Shown in pieces: positions 10,805 to 20,580 of a DNA stretch of 64,000 nucleotides. The notes under the pieces were generated by a model, which ran no database searches, was not told the origin of the DNA, and was given only the letters and a program-made list of their open reading frames with translations. The number at the start of each line of letters is the position of its first letter. The first letter of the stretch is position 1. The position numbers and the translations under genes were made by a program. The DNA is taken from positions 1 to 64,000 of the IMG/VR virus record IMGVR_UViG_3300026256_000121. One strand, 5' to 3'. The DNA is from a virus.

Positions 10805-11887
10805 ATGAAAGATCGAGAAACATTAAGTTTATGTCATACGTGTTATAGACACATACCAGCTGACCGTGTTACTAAAGATAATGGAGTTTATCTTATTAAA
10901 ACGTGTCCCGAACATGGTCATATGGAAGAATGTATTGAAAAGGATGTTGAATTTTACAATAGTTTAATATATAATAGAGTTACTACTGGAAAGAATACTA
11001 TAGATGAAGATCATGATAGTAATTATGAAAATTGTATTTTATTTGAAGTAACTGATCGTTGTAATTTAGAATGTCCTCATTGTTATCTACAACCCGATAA
11101 TAAAATAATAGATAAATCTTTTGACCATATCTTTAAAATGATAACGGAGCAAACACGATCTACTATGGATACTGTATTCCTTTCAGGTGCTGAATGTACA
11201 GTACGTAAAGATTTACCTGAATTAATTAAAGCTATTACAGACAGAGGAAATGATGTTTGTATTATGACTAATGGTGTTAAACTTTCCAAAAGAAATTATG
11301 TTAAGTCACTTGTAGACGCTGGCCTTAAAATGGCTGTTCTAAGTTTAAACCATGAGTCTTATCAAGGTAAAGTAGTACATGGAAAGCAAGTAGCTGGTAT
11401 AGATATTTGTAATGAAGAAGGTATGTGTGTAGAGAAAATATTTTATACAGTAGAACATATAGACCAAGTAGACGATGTAATGGAAGAAATACAAGCTATG
11501 GGTCTAAAAAATCACCCAAGAACTGAATATAGAATTAGAGCTGGTTCAGATATAGGTAGAACTCCAGATGAACCTAGATTCTTTTTAAGTGATCACGTAA
11601 AACTTATAAAAAGTATTGCTGATAAAAAAGGATGGACTTGGGAGAAAATACCAGGAGACGATAATTTATATCATTATATGGTTAAGATTAACGGTCTTGT
11701 TCATAGAATTATTCAATGGTGTGATGCTAGAACTATTGATATGGAACAATTAAAATGTGGACCTTATGCTTATTTTGTTCCGGGAAAACCTGTAAGTAAC
11801 TTTTTACATCAAATCATCTTACGTGATGCACATATTAATAATGGGTTACCATTATTAGATACTGTACCTGATCGTTATATAGCTTAA
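10805..11887 (+). CDS. Radical SAM enzyme with MJ0619/Tes-like N-terminal Cys/His domain
   Basis: TLSLCHTC..VYLIKTCPEHG; EVTDRCNLECPHCY; LSGAE; MTNG. Confidence 0.8.
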   Translation: MKDRETLSLCHTCYRHIPADRVTKDNGVYLIKTCPEHGHMEECIEKDVEFYNSLIYNRVTTGKNTIDEDHDSNYENCILFEVTDRCNLECPHCYLQPDNKIIDKSFDHIFKMITEQTRSTMDTVFLSGAECTVRKDLPELIKAITDRGNDVCIMTNGVKLSKRNYVKSLVDAGLKMAVLSLNHESYQGKVVHGKQVAGIDICNEEGMCVEKIFYTVEHIDQVDDVMEEIQAMGLKNHPRTEYRIRAGSDIGRTPDEPRFFLSDHVKLIKSIADKKGWTWEKIPGDDNLYHYMVKINGLVHRIIQWCDARTIDMEQLKCGPYAYFVPGKPVSNFLHQIILRDAHINNGLPLLDTVPDRYIA

Positions 11888-13242
11888 TGTAAGTCGACCC
11901 AAGCCACGCCAGTGCGTCCTTGGAATTTAGAATCAGTAGTATTGTAGATTATCATACCATCTGTTGGTGTTAATGCATCTCTTTCAACTGTAGTTAAGTT
12001 ACCAATTTTCATATAACCAGTTACTTGTGCATTACCTGTAACGTCTAAGTTTGTATCAGAGTTTGCAACTAGTGTTCCACCAACACAAAGTCTTCCACCA
12101 CTGTCAACTGATATACCAGCCCAAGTTCCACCATTGTCTGGTGTTGATATAATGAAAATCTTACCTGGTACTGCACCGTTTGAAACTGTTGCACCATCTT
12201 CAACAGAAAATTGAACTAGACTTGATACTGTGTCTTCGTTAGTGCCGTCGTGTCCGTGTACTTTAATTGATGTTAGCTCGTCGCCTGCCTGTAAAGCTGT
12301 TTTAGTTGCTAGGTCGCCTCTTGAAACTTTGTAAACTATACCTGTAGATTGTGTTCCAGTTGATAAACTTTCTACTTGAAGAAATTTACCTGCCGCCGAA
12401 CCTGCTTTAAAAATAAGTCCTTGAGTTTCTATATCAGTATCTTTACCAATAGTTAAATATCTACCAATTCCTGCTTGTGATGTAATATCAAGAACGCCTT
12501 CACTAAATGTAAGTGTTCCGTTACTAAGTGTTCCGTTAATTCCGTCTACTAATACAGTTGAGTCATCACCAAATACAGTACCTTGAACATCGCCTACTAT
12601 ACTTCCTACGAAACTACTAGCTTGTACTACTCCACTAAATGTACCTTGTCCAGCAACAACGGCTTTTGATGTTGCATTATAAAAATAGCTATCATCAACG
12701 GCTTTAACATCACCTTTAAGAATACCTGTAGCATTTAAGGCTCCAGTTGCTCTATTAAGTAAAACTGTACTATCGTCTCCGACAATATTTGCATTAACAC
12801 TTGGGGAAATTATATCATCAGTAACATGAACAGTATTAGCCCAAATTTGATTAAATTTGTTAGTGCTAGATCCAAGATTTCTTGCACCGTCAACATCAGG
12901 AAGAACATGGCTTTCTACTTTAGCTAAAAAACTAACAGTATCGCTAGGTGCATCACCTATAATAAGGTTGCCGCCTAATGTTAAATTTCCATCTGCTGTA
13001 ATATTGCCTGTTGCTGTAATACTACCAGTAATATTAATATTACCAGTACCTGTTAAGTCGTAATTATTTAGATCAACGTTAGAACCAAAAGCCGTACCAG
13101 CAGTATCAACTGGATTACCACCTACAGTAGTTCCATCACCTATATACAGTCTTTTAGTATCTGTAGTATAGACTAATTCACCGTCAGCAGGCGTAATTAA
13201 GCCTCGTTCGCTGTTTGTACCTCTTCTTAGTCTTAAAGCCAT
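11884..13242 (-). CDS. Tail fibre/virion structural protein
   Basis: Mtd-like N-terminus LRRGT..GELVYTTDTKRLYIGDG; GDDSTVL repeats; C-terminal ERDAL..GMIIYNTT; late motif upstream. Confidence 0.8.
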   Translation of the reverse strand: MALRLRRGTNSERGLITPADGELVYTTDTKRLYIGDGTTVGGNPVDTAGTAFGSNVDLNNYDLTGTGNINITGSITATGNITADGNLTLGGNLIIGDAPSDTVSFLAKVESHVLPDVDGARNLGSSTNKFNQIWANTVHVTDDIISPSVNANIVGDDSTVLLNRATGALNATGILKGDVKAVDDSYFYNATSKAVVAGQGTFSGVVQASSFVGSIVGDVQGTVFGDDSTVLVDGINGTLSNGTLTFSEGVLDITSQAGIGRYLTIGKDTDIETQGLIFKAGSAAGKFLQVESLSTGTQSTGIVYKVSRGDLATKTALQAGDELTSIKVHGHDGTNEDTVSSLVQFSVEDGATVSNGAVPGKIFIISTPDNGGTWAGISVDSGGRLCVGGTLVANSDTNLDVTGNAQVTGYMKIGNLTTVERDALTPTDGMIIYNTTDSKFQGRTGVAWVDLH

Positions 13243-13270
13243 TCTTTTTAACTCCTGGATATCTTATATG

Positions 13271-13278
13271 TATTTATC
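13271..13278 (-). promoter_or_regulatory. Late promoter motif GATAAATA
   Basis: Variant of T4 TATAAATA upstream of the tail-fibre gene, followed by AGGAG SD. Confidence 0.65.
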
Positions 13279-13290
13279 CTGAATACAATT

Positions 13291-13608
13291 TTATTTATTC
13301 TTCTTTAAGAACTTACTTGTACGTTTTTGTATGTCTTTTTTAACTTGTTCTACATCTACTCTAAAATCAACGTGTTTGATAGTAGCATCGTAGGTTGAAA
13401 ACAAATCTTTCAGTATCTTTTCAAGATATCCTACAGGATTAGGATTCTGTCTATCTTTAATAAGTACATCCCATACCTTGCCATTCCCGAATTTAACTCT
13501 GACAGAATGCAGATATTCAATCGGGATAGCTTTAATATCAAGGTCTTTAAAAACCTCTGGCCACTTATTAATAACTTCTTGTGGTAGCCTCTTCTTAGGC
13601 CTTACCAC
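13291..13608 (-). CDS. Hypothetical protein
   Basis: 105-aa ORF in operon. Confidence 0.6.
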   Translation of the reverse strand: MVRPKKRLPQEVINKWPEVFKDLDIKAIPIEYLHSVRVKFGNGKVWDVLIKDRQNPNPVGYLEKILKDLFSTYDATIKHVDFRVDVEQVKKDIQKRTSKFLKKNK

Positions 13609-14212
13609 GCGAGCCGGCCTTTTTGCTAGGGCTCAACTTATCTGCTTGTTTACGTAGCTCAGTTGCTTCTTTAAACAGAGAGTCAGCGTCTTTACGCATC
13701 TTATTAGCTAAATCTTCATCAGATAATGCTTGTTCTTTAGTAGATGTAGCATCGTCATTAGTAGCCATTTTAGGTGCTGGTGCTGTGCTTTGATCTGTAA
13801 CAGATCCTACTTCTTCTACTGATGATCCACCTACTGCTAAGTCTTTAACTTGTACACCTTTTTGCTGAGCAATCGTTTCGTTTAACTCATTTAGTGATAG
13901 TGTAGTAGTTGTATTAGGTGTCATCTCAATGTTAGAAGTACTAACTTTAGTTAAGAATCCGCCTGTATGAAAACGTGCTAACATAATGCTACCATCACCT
14001 AGTGGTGTACGTTGCATAGCATCTGCTAATTCTTCAGCATTCTGTCCGGCATTGCTTTCAATTAATTTAATTAAGAGATCATGATCTTCGTCTCTTAAAG
14101 TCTCTGTTGGACAAACCAAACATGACTCTGGCTCGTCAGGTAAAGTACGGAATACTACCGCAACCTTACGTTTTGTATCTTTTATGCGACCAATATGTTT
14201 TAAGTCAGCCAT
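13595..14212 (-). CDS. Hypothetical protein
   Basis: 205-aa ORF, AGGAG SD, coiled-coil C-terminus. Confidence 0.65.
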   Translation of the reverse strand: MADLKHIGRIKDTKRKVAVVFRTLPDEPESCLVCPTETLRDEDHDLLIKLIESNAGQNAEELADAMQRTPLGDGSIMLARFHTGGFLTKVSTSNIEMTPNTTTTLSLNELNETIAQQKGVQVKDLAVGGSSVEEVGSVTDQSTAPAPKMATNDDATSTKEQALSDEDLANKMRKDADSLFKEATELRKQADKLSPSKKAGSRGKA

Positions 14213-14215
14213 AAT

Positions 14216-14560
14216 TTATTCTCCTGGTGTAGCTGGAACAGGATTTACAGGTGCATCACCTTGTGCCGCTACTTGTTGATTTTGAATACTAGTTAGAAAT
14301 GTATCTAGTTTAGTATACGTTTTTCCAATTGCTTCCATTTCGTTCGGCTTAAATGCTCCACGAGTCTGAGCAACTTCAATGATAGTCTTCAACACACCTA
14401 GATCTTGAACAGTAAGTTCAGGATTACCTGTTGGAGCCCCGTCGGGTCCTGGTGCCGCTGAAGTGTTTGGAACGCTGGCAGGTCCTGGTGCTGATGGTGC
14501 CTTTTGAGGTGGCGTTGCATCAGTACCTTCTGGTGCCATTGCTTGTTTTCCGTCTGACAT
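14216..14560 (-). CDS. Hypothetical Pro/Ala-rich protein
   Basis: AAGGAG SD; core LTVQDL..RGAFK. Confidence 0.65.
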   Translation of the reverse strand: MSDGKQAMAPEGTDATPPQKAPSAPGPASVPNTSAAPGPDGAPTGNPELTVQDLGVLKTIIEVAQTRGAFKPNEMEAIGKTYTKLDTFLTSIQNQQVAAQGDAPVNPVPATPGE

Positions 14561-14609
14561 ATATGTTCTCCTTTTTAGTATCTATATAGTTATATACGTA
14601 CATTATTTA

Positions 14610-14891
14610 TTAGTATTTTAAAAGTGGACACGCCAACATGAAATAAGAAAGCTCTTTTGGATCTTCAAATCCCAAGTGGACCATTGATGTAATAGTATTC
14701 TCTTTGTCCAAATCTATCTTTTTACCAATAAAAAATCTACTTTTTAAGTTCTTTAGAATCCACTTTCGAATAGCGTCTTCCAAATTGTAGTTTTGCTTTA
14801 AAGTTATGTACTCAAAATGTGGTGGGGCCACTGATAATTCTCTAATACCGAAGTAGTTTAAGGCGTTAGGTATACCTGTTTTTGTTAACAT
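14610..14891 (-). CDS. Hypothetical protein
   Basis: GAGGAG SD; 93 aa. Confidence 0.6.
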   Translation of the reverse strand: MLTKTGIPNALNYFGIRELSVAPPHFEYITLKQNYNLEDAIRKWILKNLKSRFFIGKKIDLDKENTITSMVHLGFEDPKELSYFMLACPLLKY

Positions 14892-14911
14892 AATCTCCTC
14901 AGTTACGCCGT

Positions 14912-16195
14912 TTATTCTTCGTAATGTGCTGTTACACCAAACGGTGCTTTTAAATTTTTATCGTGATGCCCGTGAATAATAAAAACTGTTTCACAGTAAT
15001 TTTCATCACCCCATTTTTCCCAGGGATAACCATCAGTAAACATTATAAAACGTTTTGGATTAATCCCTTCTTCCTCCATATATTTCCAGTTTGCCATGAA
15101 GTCTGTTCCACCGCCACCTATGATCTGATAGTCTTCTAGTTCTTGACCATTGTCAGCAGTAAAATCTTGTTCGTTATATACCTTAGTATCAAAGCACCAT
15201 AACTTAATTTTGTAATCTTGATATTCTTGCATAATCCCTTGTACTTCGCTTAAGAATATTTCAGCTTGTTTATTACCAATTGATCCACTCATATCAATTC
15301 CAATACAAATATCAATAGTTGTATCAAAGTTCATACCTGGAAGAATTGCTCCAGTATGCCATCCTTTACGTGACGGACGTTGGAAAGAGTAATCATTTCT
15401 GATAGTACTTTGGATTTGCTGGCGTAGTAGCTCTCTCCAATTCATTTTAGGTTCAGTAAGTTCCTTAATAAATCTTTCAACTTCTTTTGGAATGTTACCT
15501 GCACCAGCCGCCTGTGCCGCCCCTAGCATACTTTCTTTTACTTCGTCACGTATCTTACGAAGCTCATCTTTAGAATAGCTTGGAGCACTACCTTTTTTAC
15601 CTTGTTTTTTGTCTTTTTTACTATTGCCGTCTTGACTATCTTTATCCCAATCAATATGCTCGTCAAGTAATTTACCTAATTTTTCAAGGTCTTCTTCATC
15701 ATATTTTTTGAAAAGCTCATCATAAACTGCTTCACTAGTCCAACCTTCATATTTAAAATCTTGGAAAATTGGAATCTCTTTAGGTTTGCTACCAATAGCA
15801 TCTCTAACTAGAGTATTGTTAACAATATAATCTGATGCAATATTATGGATTTGAGGATCTCTATCTTCACGTCTTGTCATATGATCAAAAACACAATGAA
15901 GAATTTCATGAGCAATAACAAACTCAATTTCTTTGTTTGTCATTTTAGCGAAAAACTGTGAGTTATAAAATAAATGTCTACCGTCAGTTGCGGCAGTAGG
16001 ACACCAATCATCACATTCTTTAATAATAAGTCTTGTAGCCATATTACCAAAAAATGGATGTCTTAAAAGTAGTCCAATTCGTGCAACAATAATTTTGTCC
16101 AAAACTTCAGCTCGAAGATCTTTTAATTCTTCTGGTGAAAGTTTAACTTCTTCTGTTTTTGGTTTTTCTAAAATTTCTGTAGTCATTTGTGCCAT
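14912..16195 (-). CDS. Metallopeptidase-vWA protein (DUF2201-like)
   Basis: TAATDG, AHEILH (HExxH), MIDAS DMSGS, GGGGTDF, FTDG. Confidence 0.88.
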   Translation of the reverse strand: MAQMTTEILEKPKTEEVKLSPEELKDLRAEVLDKIIVARIGLLLRHPFFGNMATRLIIKECDDWCPTAATDGRHLFYNSQFFAKMTNKEIEFVIAHEILHCVFDHMTRREDRDPQIHNIASDYIVNNTLVRDAIGSKPKEIPIFQDFKYEGWTSEAVYDELFKKYDEEDLEKLGKLLDEHIDWDKDSQDGNSKKDKKQGKKGSAPSYSKDELRKIRDEVKESMLGAAQAAGAGNIPKEVERFIKELTEPKMNWRELLRQQIQSTIRNDYSFQRPSRKGWHTGAILPGMNFDTTIDICIGIDMSGSIGNKQAEIFLSEVQGIMQEYQDYKIKLWCFDTKVYNEQDFTADNGQELEDYQIIGGGGTDFMANWKYMEEEGINPKRFIMFTDGYPWEKWGDENYCETVFIIHGHHDKNLKAPFGVTAHYEE

Positions 16196-16219
16196 TCCTC
16201 AATTTCTTATTATATGTAT

Positions 16220-16248
16220 ATTATACTATATTTAATGTTCATTGTCAA
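16220..16248 (-). promoter_or_regulatory. Sigma70-type early promoter
   Basis: TTGACA-N17-TATAAT. Confidence 0.85.
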
Positions 16249-16256
16249 CCGAAATC

Positions 16257-16281
16257 TGGAAGGGGATTAAATCCCCCTCCA
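16257..16281 (-). terminator. GC-rich hairpin after the MoxR gene, probable terminator
   Basis: GGAGGGGGAT-TTA-ATCCCCTTCC stem with only a weak U-tract. Confidence 0.5.
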
Positions 16282-16292
16282 AATAGCGCCTA

Positions 16293-17387
16293 TTAGGCCG
16301 ACGCCTCGCCTTGTGCGGCTTTAATATATTTGCCAAAACGTTCATGGAACTCATCAAAGCAATCAACTTCATCTGGATCGATTGGAAGTTGATATTGTGT
16401 AAGAGCCAATTTAATACCCATAACTACTAATTCAGTATCAAAATTGTCCATTGCGAACCTTAAGAAGTTATTAACTTTATCATCAAACTTCTTATCGTTC
16501 TTATCACTTGCTTCTTTAAGCTCGTAGCACAAAGAGACTGTTAAGGAATACATGGCACTGATTTCTTTAGTCTCTAACTTCTTAACCTTAGCAGTAAGTA
16601 TATCGCTAGGATTAGGAAGGTCTGCGGCCACTCGTCTATGAGCCATAAACTTAACGGCAAGTCCTTCGCCGACTGCACCACTAACTAAATCTGTAGTGGT
16701 ATTTTCATCGTCATCATCTTCCAAAAGTTCGGAAACAAACGACCATGAACGGGGTGTAGCAAATGAACGACTCGGTGATTTTGGATCAAAATCGTATAAG
16801 TCCTTCTTGCTAAATGTCAAATAACCAACAACATCTTGATGCTGATTGTTCTTAACAGCCCACTCAAACCAATCATCAAAATCCACTTTAATTTCTAAGT
16901 GAACAAAACGGTTGGCTAACGGAGCAGGCATTCTATAAGTAACACCTTTATCAGCTTCTCTGTTACCTGCGGCAACAATCAAAACGTTATCTGGAAGTGT
17001 ATAAGTACCAACCTTACGATTAAGAATTAATTGGTAAGCCGCGGCTTGTACTGCCGGTGGTGCTGAATTCATTTCATCCAAAAACACAATAATCTGTTTA
17101 TGCTTTTTCGCCATTTTCTCATCTGGCAATTCGCTTGGTGGTGCCCAAACCATTGTACCTTGTTTAGAATCAAAATATGGAATACCTTTAATATCTGTAG
17201 GTTCCCATAAACTTAGACGTATGTCAATAACATGGGCTTCTATGCTATCACCAATTTGCCTAACTATGTCTGATTTTCCAATGCCTGGGGGACCCCAAAT
17301 AAAGATTGGACGTTTCTTTTTAAATGCTCGAATAATACTTGCTTTTGCACTATTCGGACTTACTTGTCTTACTGCTAGATTTTCCAT
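16293..17387 (-). CDS. MoxR-like AAA+ ATPase
   Basis: GPPGIGKS, FLDE, AAGN, LANRF, TPRSW; adjacent vWA partner. Confidence 0.9.
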   Translation of the reverse strand: MENLAVRQVSPNSAKASIIRAFKKKRPIFIWGPPGIGKSDIVRQIGDSIEAHVIDIRLSLWEPTDIKGIPYFDSKQGTMVWAPPSELPDEKMAKKHKQIIVFLDEMNSAPPAVQAAAYQLILNRKVGTYTLPDNVLIVAAGNREADKGVTYRMPAPLANRFVHLEIKVDFDDWFEWAVKNNQHQDVVGYLTFSKKDLYDFDPKSPSRSFATPRSWSFVSELLEDDDDENTTTDLVSGAVGEGLAVKFMAHRRVAADLPNPSDILTAKVKKLETKEISAMYSLTVSLCYELKEASDKNDKKFDDKVNNFLRFAMDNFDTELVVMGIKLALTQYQLPIDPDEVDCFDEFHERFGKYIKAAQGEASA

Positions 17388-17438
17388 TTTGTACTCCTTG
17401 TTTGCCTTTTAATGTTCAGTGCCTTATTGTTATATACT

Positions 17439-17468
17439 ATTATACGTTCATAATCGTCAAAGGTCAAC
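17439..17468 (-). promoter_or_regulatory. Sigma70-type promoter with upstream T-tracts
   Basis: TTGACC-N18-TATAAT; repeated CACTTTTTTT upstream. Confidence 0.7.
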
Positions 17469-17518
17469 CAGAATCTGCAAAAAAGATGAAAAAAAGTGCG
17501 AAAAAAAGTGTAGTAATA

Positions 17519-17914
17519 TCAAGGACTTAGTGAGCTATTTGCCCGATTTAGAGCTTTAGTAAGTCCGTATTTCCTTAAATCTCCGGAGAAAAGATGCAGT
17601 TCGAGTGCCTTCTTTTCGTTCAGTACTATAATACCTTGGTTAGTAAGGTAGTAAGGACAGTCAATAAACTTGTCTAAGAAGATTACAACTTGAGTCGTAA
17701 CTTTAAAATCCTTAGGAAACGGAACATTATAATTAGATAACTCTAAAGTTTCGGATAAAAAATTAAATCCGTCTTCTGTTAATCGTAATCCACCTGATAT
17801 TTTGGATCGAGTATTCTGCCACCATAATGGCATATACTCTTTTAATGTATTTTCATTAATTGATATGTTGGCTTGTTTTAAGAACACCTTAGTGTAGGTT
17901 TCTTTTAAGTTCAT
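17519..17914 (-). CDS. Hypothetical protein
   Basis: 131 aa; ATGA-coupled to the upstream gene. Confidence 0.65.
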   Translation of the reverse strand: MNLKETYTKVFLKQANISINENTLKEYMPLWWQNTRSKISGGLRLTEDGFNFLSETLELSNYNVPFPKDFKVTTQVVIFLDKFIDCPYYLTNQGIIVLNEKKALELHLFSGDLRKYGLTKALNRANSSLSP

Positions 17915-18201
17915 TTTTCTGTTACTACTTCACCAGTTATTAATTTTACAACTGTAAAGTCTTTAGTATTAAAAAGATCGTTTAGTTTTTTAGCAAGATT
18001 ATGTGCATGGCCTGGGTTACTAAAACTAACCTTTTTATATTTTGGCCCAGGATAGTTTGTTAGCACATTTGATGATTTTAAATTAAATGGTTTGTTAGTA
18101 TAAAATACAGCCCAGATGGCTTCTGCATTTAATACTTGTTCTGAGCGGTATGTTTTTTTATTAACATGCTCTAAAATTATTTCGGGTTTAGGTCTACTCA
18201 T
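17911..18201 (-). CDS. Hypothetical protein
   Basis: 96 aa; late motif GATAAATA at 18228-18235. Confidence 0.65.
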   Translation of the reverse strand: MSRPKPEIILEHVNKKTYRSEQVLNAEAIWAVFYTNKPFNLKSSNVLTNYPGPKYKKVSFSNPGHAHNLAKKLNDLFNTKDFTVVKLITGEVVTEK

Positions 18202-18291
18202 ATCTTTATCCTGTTATATACTACTATTATTTATCTAAAAATAACAGTTATATACGCAGTTTATTTATGAGTATATTAGCTTATTTCCAGC

Positions 18292-18534
18292 TTATTTCCA
18301 GCTATTACCACCATCCATTGTAATATTTACAACTTCTTCGGTTTTATTAGATTGATCTACTAGCTTTTCTAAGTCTCCGTGTAATCTAGACATTACACTT
18401 GCTAATGTGAAAGCGAGGTTCTTAGCTTCTTTTAATTCTATCTTTACTTCAATTGCTTTAGAATTATCAGCAATTTTTACCTTATCAATAAATTGTTGTA
18501 AAGGAATAGTGTTTAATGGTTTAACGGTTTGCAC
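18292..18534 (-). CDS. Hypothetical protein
   Basis: 80-aa ORF in operon. Confidence 0.6.
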   Translation of the reverse strand: MQTVKPLNTIPLQQFIDKVKIADNSKAIEVKIELKEAKNLAFTLASVMSRLHGDLEKLVDQSNKTEEVVNITMDGGNSWK

Positions 18535-19033
18535 GGCTTAACTCCTGACGCATTTCTAATCCAGTTTTAAAAGGTCCGCGATATTCGTATTTTTCTAAAG
18601 TAACTTGTTTTGGACATAAACTTTTAACCCAACCTTTTTCAAAATGAATTATAAAGTATCCTGCACAATACAAGCTCTTAGATTTTTTACTTTTTGTAAA
18701 TAGTGCAAATTTTCTTTTTAGATCGTACATTGCATTATAAGGAACAGTACTAGTAACTAGTCCATAAATTTCTTTTGAAACTGTTTTATTAGCATCACTT
18801 ATAGTAGCATTACTCCAAAGAATTTCTCCACCAATACCTTTTTTAAGATCTTTTAAACAACTGTAATATTCAGTTCTTGTCCTGCAACCTACTCCTTCAC
18901 ATGGTCGCTGACAATAATACATATAATGGTTATTCTCGTCTTTGGATAATGTACCAATCTTGTTTCCTTGATTTGCATCTTCAATTATCCAAAACTTATT
19001 TTTTAATATTTCTTTTGCTTTTATGTTAGTCAT
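18521..19033 (-). CDS. Hypothetical protein
   Basis: 170 aa; ATGA-coupled to the RNase H gene. Confidence 0.65.
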   Translation of the reverse strand: MTNIKAKEILKNKFWIIEDANQGNKIGTLSKDENNHYMYYCQRPCEGVGCRTRTEYYSCLKDLKKGIGGEILWSNATISDANKTVSKEIYGLVTSTVPYNAMYDLKRKFALFTKSKKSKSLYCAGYFIIHFEKGWVKSLCPKQVTLEKYEYRGPFKTGLEMRQELSRANR

Positions 19034-20013
19034 ACAGGATACCTTGCTTGTAATGGCTCAGCATAAGCCTGAGCATTATCAGTTATTCTTTGCATATCGT
19101 ATATTGCACAGAATTTCATTAGCCGCAATCCCACTTGCGGTATATTTTTGGGTTGTGCATTTTCTATAATCGTATTAAAGATCTTGTCTTTAATATTTTG
19201 TGGTTGTGCAGATAAGTCACATAGTTCTACATTACGATTATAATCGTCTAATACTCGATGTTCTACACCTTCGTGATCGGCCCATCTTTGTAGCATTAAG
19301 TTATTCCAGTTGTAGCCTTTTGTGTCTTTATCGTTAAATGCTTCTGTTAAGCCTACTTTGTTACGTGTACCTTTAACTCTTACCCCGGGATAAGCACTAA
19401 ACACATTATCACTTGTATCACCTCTCATGCATTTTTCAAACAATAACCATTCTGGGTTAGGTGCAAGTTTTTCTTGTTTAGTCTTTTTATCTATAATCTT
19501 TTTACCTTTATCATCAAAGTATCCTTCATGTGTAATAGTTGTATTAGAAACTCCGTTATACTGAATTACCTTAGGTGATATTAGTTGTGCAAAATCACCA
19601 TCAGTTGATATAATTACATGATTATCATCTGGATGATGTTGTACCCAACCTGCAATTAGATCATCTGCTTCTAATTCGTCATGTTGCAAGACTGTACAAT
19701 TAGTTTTTTCTATAATAAAGTCTTTAAAACTATCAAATGTTTCCCAGAAAACTTTTTCTTCTTCTTGTTGTGCTTCTGTTAAAGCATCACGAGCCGCTTG
19801 TCTATTTCGTTTATAAGGAGCGTAGACGTCCTTGCGCCAACTACGGCCTTCTAAGCAAAATACAATATGATCCGCATCAAAGTTGTTCCATGCTTTTTTT
19901 AGACTATTAAAGGTTATATGAAAAGCCATTCCTACTTTCATATCAAGATCGCCACGTACTACATGACGAGCTCTAAAGAATGTATTTGCTGTATCAACTA
20001 GAACATATTTCAT
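19030..20013 (-). CDS. rnh: T4-type RNase H / 5'-3' exonuclease
   Basis: LVDTAN, SWRK..YK.NR, EADD, STDGDF.QL, GDTSDN. Confidence 0.9.
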   Translation of the reverse strand: MKYVLVDTANTFFRARHVVRGDLDMKVGMAFHITFNSLKKAWNNFDADHIVFCLEGRSWRKDVYAPYKRNRQAARDALTEAQQEEEKVFWETFDSFKDFIIEKTNCTVLQHDELEADDLIAGWVQHHPDDNHVIISTDGDFAQLISPKVIQYNGVSNTTITHEGYFDDKGKKIIDKKTKQEKLAPNPEWLLFEKCMRGDTSDNVFSAYPGVRVKGTRNKVGLTEAFNDKDTKGYNWNNLMLQRWADHEGVEHRVLDDYNRNVELCDLSAQPQNIKDKIFNTIIENAQPKNIPQVGLRLMKFCAIYDMQRITDNAQAYAEPLQARYPV

Positions 20014-20046
20014 TGTGTATATTTCACCTTATCTTTATTTTTTAAT

Positions 20047-20075
20047 AGTATAACGCATTTATTATTGTTTGTCAA
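20047..20075 (-). promoter_or_regulatory. Sigma70-type promoter
   Basis: TTGACA-N17-TATACT. Confidence 0.8.
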
Positions 20076-20076
20076 C

Positions 20077-20571
20077 CTAAATAATTTGAGCAAACTTTTC
20101 CGTTTCATAGTCAGCACTACTCCAACTATCTTCGTCAGCACCTGGCCCTATCATAGTTAACTCACGTTTAACAAACATCTCATATGGATGCCAAGTTCTA
20201 TGACTACTTCTATTGTGGATTTTTATAGCTTCCATGCCTACTTCTTTTTCACTTAATAAACATACACCATAATGAAATCCTGTATATATTAGTTTTGTAA
20301 TATCGTTCTTAATACAATAACGGTTTAATTTCGATAGTGTTTTCATATGAGGATAATTTGAAAATGTAGATATAGTATCATCATCGTCATTTATAACAAT
20401 AAACTTATGATGACAAGGTCTTAAGTAGTAGTTTATACGTTGACTCATACGTACCATTTCTGCACCTAACCAAGGAAACATTTGATCAGCTTCCCAGCCC
20501 ATACGTTGTACAGGGTGCATAACTAACCATAAGCCATTTTCTTGTAGATCTTCTAGTTTCTTAGACTTCAT
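20077..20571 (-). CDS. Hypothetical protein, possible cysteine-hydrolase (isochorismatase) fold
   Basis: LIYTGFHYGVCL resembles the family's Cys motif. Confidence 0.4.
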   Translation of the reverse strand: MKSKKLEDLQENGLWLVMHPVQRMGWEADQMFPWLGAEMVRMSQRINYYLRPCHHKFIVINDDDDTISTFSNYPHMKTLSKLNRYCIKNDITKLIYTGFHYGVCLLSEKEVGMEAIKIHNRSSHRTWHPYEMFVKRELTMIGPGADEDSWSSADYETEKFAQII

Positions 20572-20580
20572 TTATATTTA

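Noticed and set aside
11884-13242. Diversity-generating retroelement target, because of the Mtd-like N-terminus
   Set aside because: No reverse transcriptase or template/variable repeat pair seen in the window
18278-18303. 11-bp tandem repeat agcttatttcc x2
   Set aside because: Looks like a slippage duplication of a gene's last codons; no evidence of function
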